A stretch of 64,000 nucleotides of DNA. Origin: an uncultured Methanomicrobiales archaeon. Its GTDB lineage: Archaea > Halobacteriota > Methanomicrobia > Methanomicrobiales > Methanospirillaceae. The notes below the pieces were generated by a model. It was not told the DNA's origin. It worked only from the letters and a program-made list of their open reading frames with translations, and ran no database searches. How positions within the stretch are numbered: the first letter of the stretch is position 1; the number at the start of each line of letters is the position of its first letter. Below are positions 61,205-64,000 of this stretch, one piece after another. The translations under genes were made by a program, and so were the position numbers. Location of the stretch: the NCBI GenBank assembly GCA_963758915.1, contig CAVWXH010000016.1, positions 128,001 through 192,000 on the forward strand, given 5' to 3'.

Positions 61205-62257
61205 TCACCTTGACGCTCTGTTTTCTGCGGGTTCCATTACCTGCCGGATTTCATATGGTGCGGAAAGGATACCCGTTTCAGTGATGATCGCGCTCACCAG
61301 TGCCAGTGGTGTCGCGTCAAATCCCGGGTTCTTCACCGGCACTCCTTCAGGGATTGTTTCCCGGCCATAAAATGATGCCACTTCGTCCCGCCCACGTTGC
61401 TCGACAATAATATCCTGTTCCATCCCGTTGAAGTCAAACGTGGAAACCGGAGCCGCGACATAAAAGGGAATGGCATGGTATTTTGCACATACTGCATGCA
61501 TATAGGTCCCGATTTTATTGAAAACCGCATCCCGTGTAATCCGGTCAGCACCGACAATTACACTCCCGATCTCGCCTTTCCGCATTAACTGGGCTGCCAT
61601 GGAGTCGGTAATCACGGTTACATCGATACCATCGCGGTCCAGTTCCCATGCAGTAAGGCGTGCGCCCTGAAGAAGGGGTCTGGTCTCGCAGGCGATAACC
61701 CTGATATCTTTACCTGCCTCAACTGCTGAGCGGATGACTCCGAGGGCAGTCCCCCACTCGCTGCATGCAAGGGCACCAGCATTGCAATGCGTGAGGACGG
61801 TACAGCGGTCAGGTAACAATGCCGCACCCAGTTGTCCAATCCTGCGACAGATTATCGCATCTTCACGGGCAACAGCGAGCGCTTCGGAGAGTGCTGCCTC
61901 CTTCGCTTCATAGACTGATCCCGTAGAGATCATGCTGCTGAGCACCCGTTGTATCCCCCAGGAGAGGTTCACTGCGGTCGGTCGCGTAGATGCGAGCCGG
62001 CTGGCATCTGCCTGCACCTGGCTGAAAAACTGCTCGAATGCGGTCTCTCCCGATCGTCTTGCGGCCAGGGCGACCCCCAAAGCACCGGCTACACCTAACG
62101 CCGGTGCTCCACGTATTGCAAGGGTTTTAATCGCAATTCCAAGTTCTGTAATGCTCGTGCATCTTGCGATCTCAAACGATACCGGGAGCCGTGTCTCATC
62201 AATATAGGCAATGCAATCAGTATCCGCTTCATACCACAGGGTTTTTAATTGTTCCAT
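61205..62257 (-). CDS. mtnA: S-methyl-5-thioribose-1-phosphate isomerase (eIF-2B-like)
   Basis: IRGAPALG, TRPTAVNL, LTHCNAGALA, ETRPLLQGARLTAWEL, VGADRI, NKIGTY. Confidence 0.93.
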   Translation of the reverse strand: MEQLKTLWYEADTDCIAYIDETRLPVSFEIARCTSITELGIAIKTLAIRGAPALGVAGALGVALAARRSGETAFEQFFSQVQADASRLASTRPTAVNLSWGIQRVLSSMISTGSVYEAKEAALSEALAVAREDAIICRRIGQLGAALLPDRCTVLTHCNAGALACSEWGTALGVIRSAVEAGKDIRVIACETRPLLQGARLTAWELDRDGIDVTVITDSMAAQLMRKGEIGSVIVGADRITRDAVFNKIGTYMHAVCAKYHAIPFYVAAPVSTFDFNGMEQDIIVEQRGRDEVASFYGRETIPEGVPVKNPGFDATPLALVSAIITETGILSAPYEIRQVMEPAENRASR

Positions 62258-62263
62258 AGTCCG

Positions 62264-63535
62264 TTAGTCCCGGATTGATCCTATAAAGGAACGCATTGCC
62301 GCGGCTCCTGCGACAGCTACACAGTCCGGGATATCCTTCGGGGCTACCGAGGTCCCTGCGATGTAGATGCCCGGCCGGCTGGTCTCAACGATCCCTGTTT
62401 TCTCATCAAGAGACTTGAAGAAACCCGATGTATCCCGTGATATACCCAACTTTTCCGCGATTTCACCAGCTTGTAATGATGGACTGATACCCACAGCGAG
62501 GACAACCAGTTCCGGTTTTAAGTCTTTCAACTCCCCAGTCTCACTGTCCTCAACAATAAGTGACATGTCCCCTTTATCGCCACTGACTTCGCCCGGAATA
62601 CCGCGAAGGAACTGTACTCCTGCTGCCTCTGCCCTTTCACGAAATTCCTCGTAACCTTTACCATATGCCCGGATATCCATGTAACAGATTGTCACATCGG
62701 TATCCGGGGATTTCTCCTTTATAAGGATTGCATTCTTGATCGACGCCATGCAACAGACACATGAACACCATGGCCGGTTGATCGACATATCGCGTGATCC
62801 GACACACTGGATAAACACCACACGTTCCGGTTTTCTTCCATCTGAGAAGCGCCTGATCTGACCGCCGGTCGGACCGCTTGCATTCATCATCCTCTCGAGT
62901 TCCAGGGTTGTTATGACGTCCGGAAATTCCAGGTAACGGAGTTGTTTCTTAACTCCGGGGTCAAATGTCGAATATCCTGTGGCAACTATAATGCTACCGG
63001 CATGGACCTCGATAACAACCGGGTCATCTTTTTTCTTCACCGCATCAAGCAGGCATGCATCATAACAGAGCCCGCATTCCACACAGTGAACCGGGTCTTT
63101 TACGACGAGGTCAGGGGCTGACTGAGGATTTGGTTTATAAATTGCTTTCCGTGTCCCAACCCCTGCATCAAACTCATTGTATATTTCCACGGGGCAGATC
63201 TGGATGCAGTCACCGCAACCATTGCACAGGTCTTCGTGTATATAACGGGGGTTTTTCCTGATTAGTACCCTGAAATTCCCTTCTGATCCTTCAACGCGTT
63301 CAACTTCTGAAAGGGTATAGACCCTGATATTCGGGTGCCTGATTACGTCCACCATTTTTGGGGAGAGGATACACATCGCGCAGTCGTTCGTAGGAAATGT
63401 TTTGTCTAACTGGGACATGTGGCCGCCGATTGATGGCTGGCATTCTACGAGATGAACAATAATACCATGATTGGCAAGGTCAAGGGAAGCCTGGATCCCT
63501 GTCACCCCGCCCCCGATAACGACCACGTCATGCAT
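62264..63535 (-). CDS. hdrA: Short HdrA-like flavoprotein (heterodisulfide reductase subunit A core)
   Basis: VIGGGVTG, LDKTFPTNDCAMCILSP, two ferredoxin motifs, ELERMMNASGPTGG, QCVGSRD..CSCVCC, MDIRAYGKGYE, PKDIPD. Confidence 0.85.
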   Translation of the reverse strand: MHDVVVIGGGVTGIQASLDLANHGIIVHLVECQPSIGGHMSQLDKTFPTNDCAMCILSPKMVDVIRHPNIRVYTLSEVERVEGSEGNFRVLIRKNPRYIHEDLCNGCGDCIQICPVEIYNEFDAGVGTRKAIYKPNPQSAPDLVVKDPVHCVECGLCYDACLLDAVKKKDDPVVIEVHAGSIIVATGYSTFDPGVKKQLRYLEFPDVITTLELERMMNASGPTGGQIRRFSDGRKPERVVFIQCVGSRDMSINRPWCSCVCCMASIKNAILIKEKSPDTDVTICYMDIRAYGKGYEEFRERAEAAGVQFLRGIPGEVSGDKGDMSLIVEDSETGELKDLKPELVVLAVGISPSLQAGEIAEKLGISRDTSGFFKSLDEKTGIVETSRPGIYIAGTSVAPKDIPDCVAVAGAAAMRSFIGSIRD

Positions 63536-64000
63536 TCCTGTACCTCTGTGCCAGTTCCACGTAACTTTCAGCGTTGTGCACAATACTCTGTTTTTGTTCG
63601 GGGGTCGTCGGCCTGATCACTTTTCCTGGAACGCCAAGCACGAGAGAGCCGGGAGGGATATCCGCTCCTTCAGTTACTACCGTGCCTGCACCAAGAATAG
63701 AGTCTTCACCAATAACCGCTCCGTTCAGGACTATGGCCCCCATGCCGACAAGGACGCGGTCCCGGACCCTGCAACCGTGGAGTATCGCACCATGACCGAT
63801 CGAGACCTGGTTACCGATATGGACCGGGAACCCCTTACTTGTATGAATAACTGCATTATCCTGGACATTGGAAGATTCCCCGATGAAAATATCATCTTTG
63901 TCTCCCCTTACCACGGCTCCGAACCAGATACTGGCGTTTTCTTTGAGAGTTACAGAACCGAGGACTGTGGCATTTGGCGCAGTAAAACCAGAAGGGCCGG
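63528..64000 (-). CDS. Gamma-carbonic-anhydrase-like hexapeptide repeat protein (5' end outside the window)
   Basis: VVRGD, SNVQDNAVIH, IGHGAILHGC, LVLGVPGKV. Confidence 0.9.
   Translation of the reverse strand, partial: GPSGFTAPNATVLGSVTLKENASIWFGAVVRGDKDDIFIGESSNVQDNAVIHTSKGFPVHIGNQVSIGHGAILHGCRVRDRVLVGMGAIVLNGAVIGEDSILGAGTVVTEGADIPPGSLVLGVPGKVIRPTTPEQKQSIVHNAESYVELAQRYRNA

Overview
Chromosomal segment of a methanogenic archaeon, most likely Methanomicrobiales (Methanoregula/Methanolinea-like). This is inferred from gene content: aroA'/aroB', tgtA/arcS/RaSEA, PCNA, PriL, Alba, HdrA-like, PEGA proteins and the NITRHDILN histidine-kinase H-box. Most of it is housekeeping: pan/MBF1, an almost complete shikimate-prephenate cluster, a U32/RlhA-like gene, tpiA, RNase P RNA, archaeosine genes, NfnAB-like genes, moaA, rlmE, pcn-priL, a lysine cluster, cdrS-ftsZ, cobD/cobY, three tRNAs (Ser-TGA, Glu-CTC, Arg-CCT), a DRG GTPase, trm1, DGGGP synthase and mtnA. 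No transposase, integrase, CRISPR array or rRNA was seen. The most unusual signal is non-coding. At least seven long intergenic spaces carry a family of short modules (A about 250 bp; B, C, D, E about 25-110 bp). These are joined at shared quasi-palindromic sites (TTTC-AAC-AAA / TTTC-CCAT-GAAA) and are reshuffled, inverted and nested from locus to locus. Module A keeps G-U-compatible stems and lies on + in every copy found. The second candidate is an operon pairing a large DUF47/PhoU-type protein with a PPDK that lacks its pyruvate-binding domain. Three genes carry single-base frameshifts in short homopolymers, probably sequencing errors. All calls are from manual motif reading; no database searches were run.
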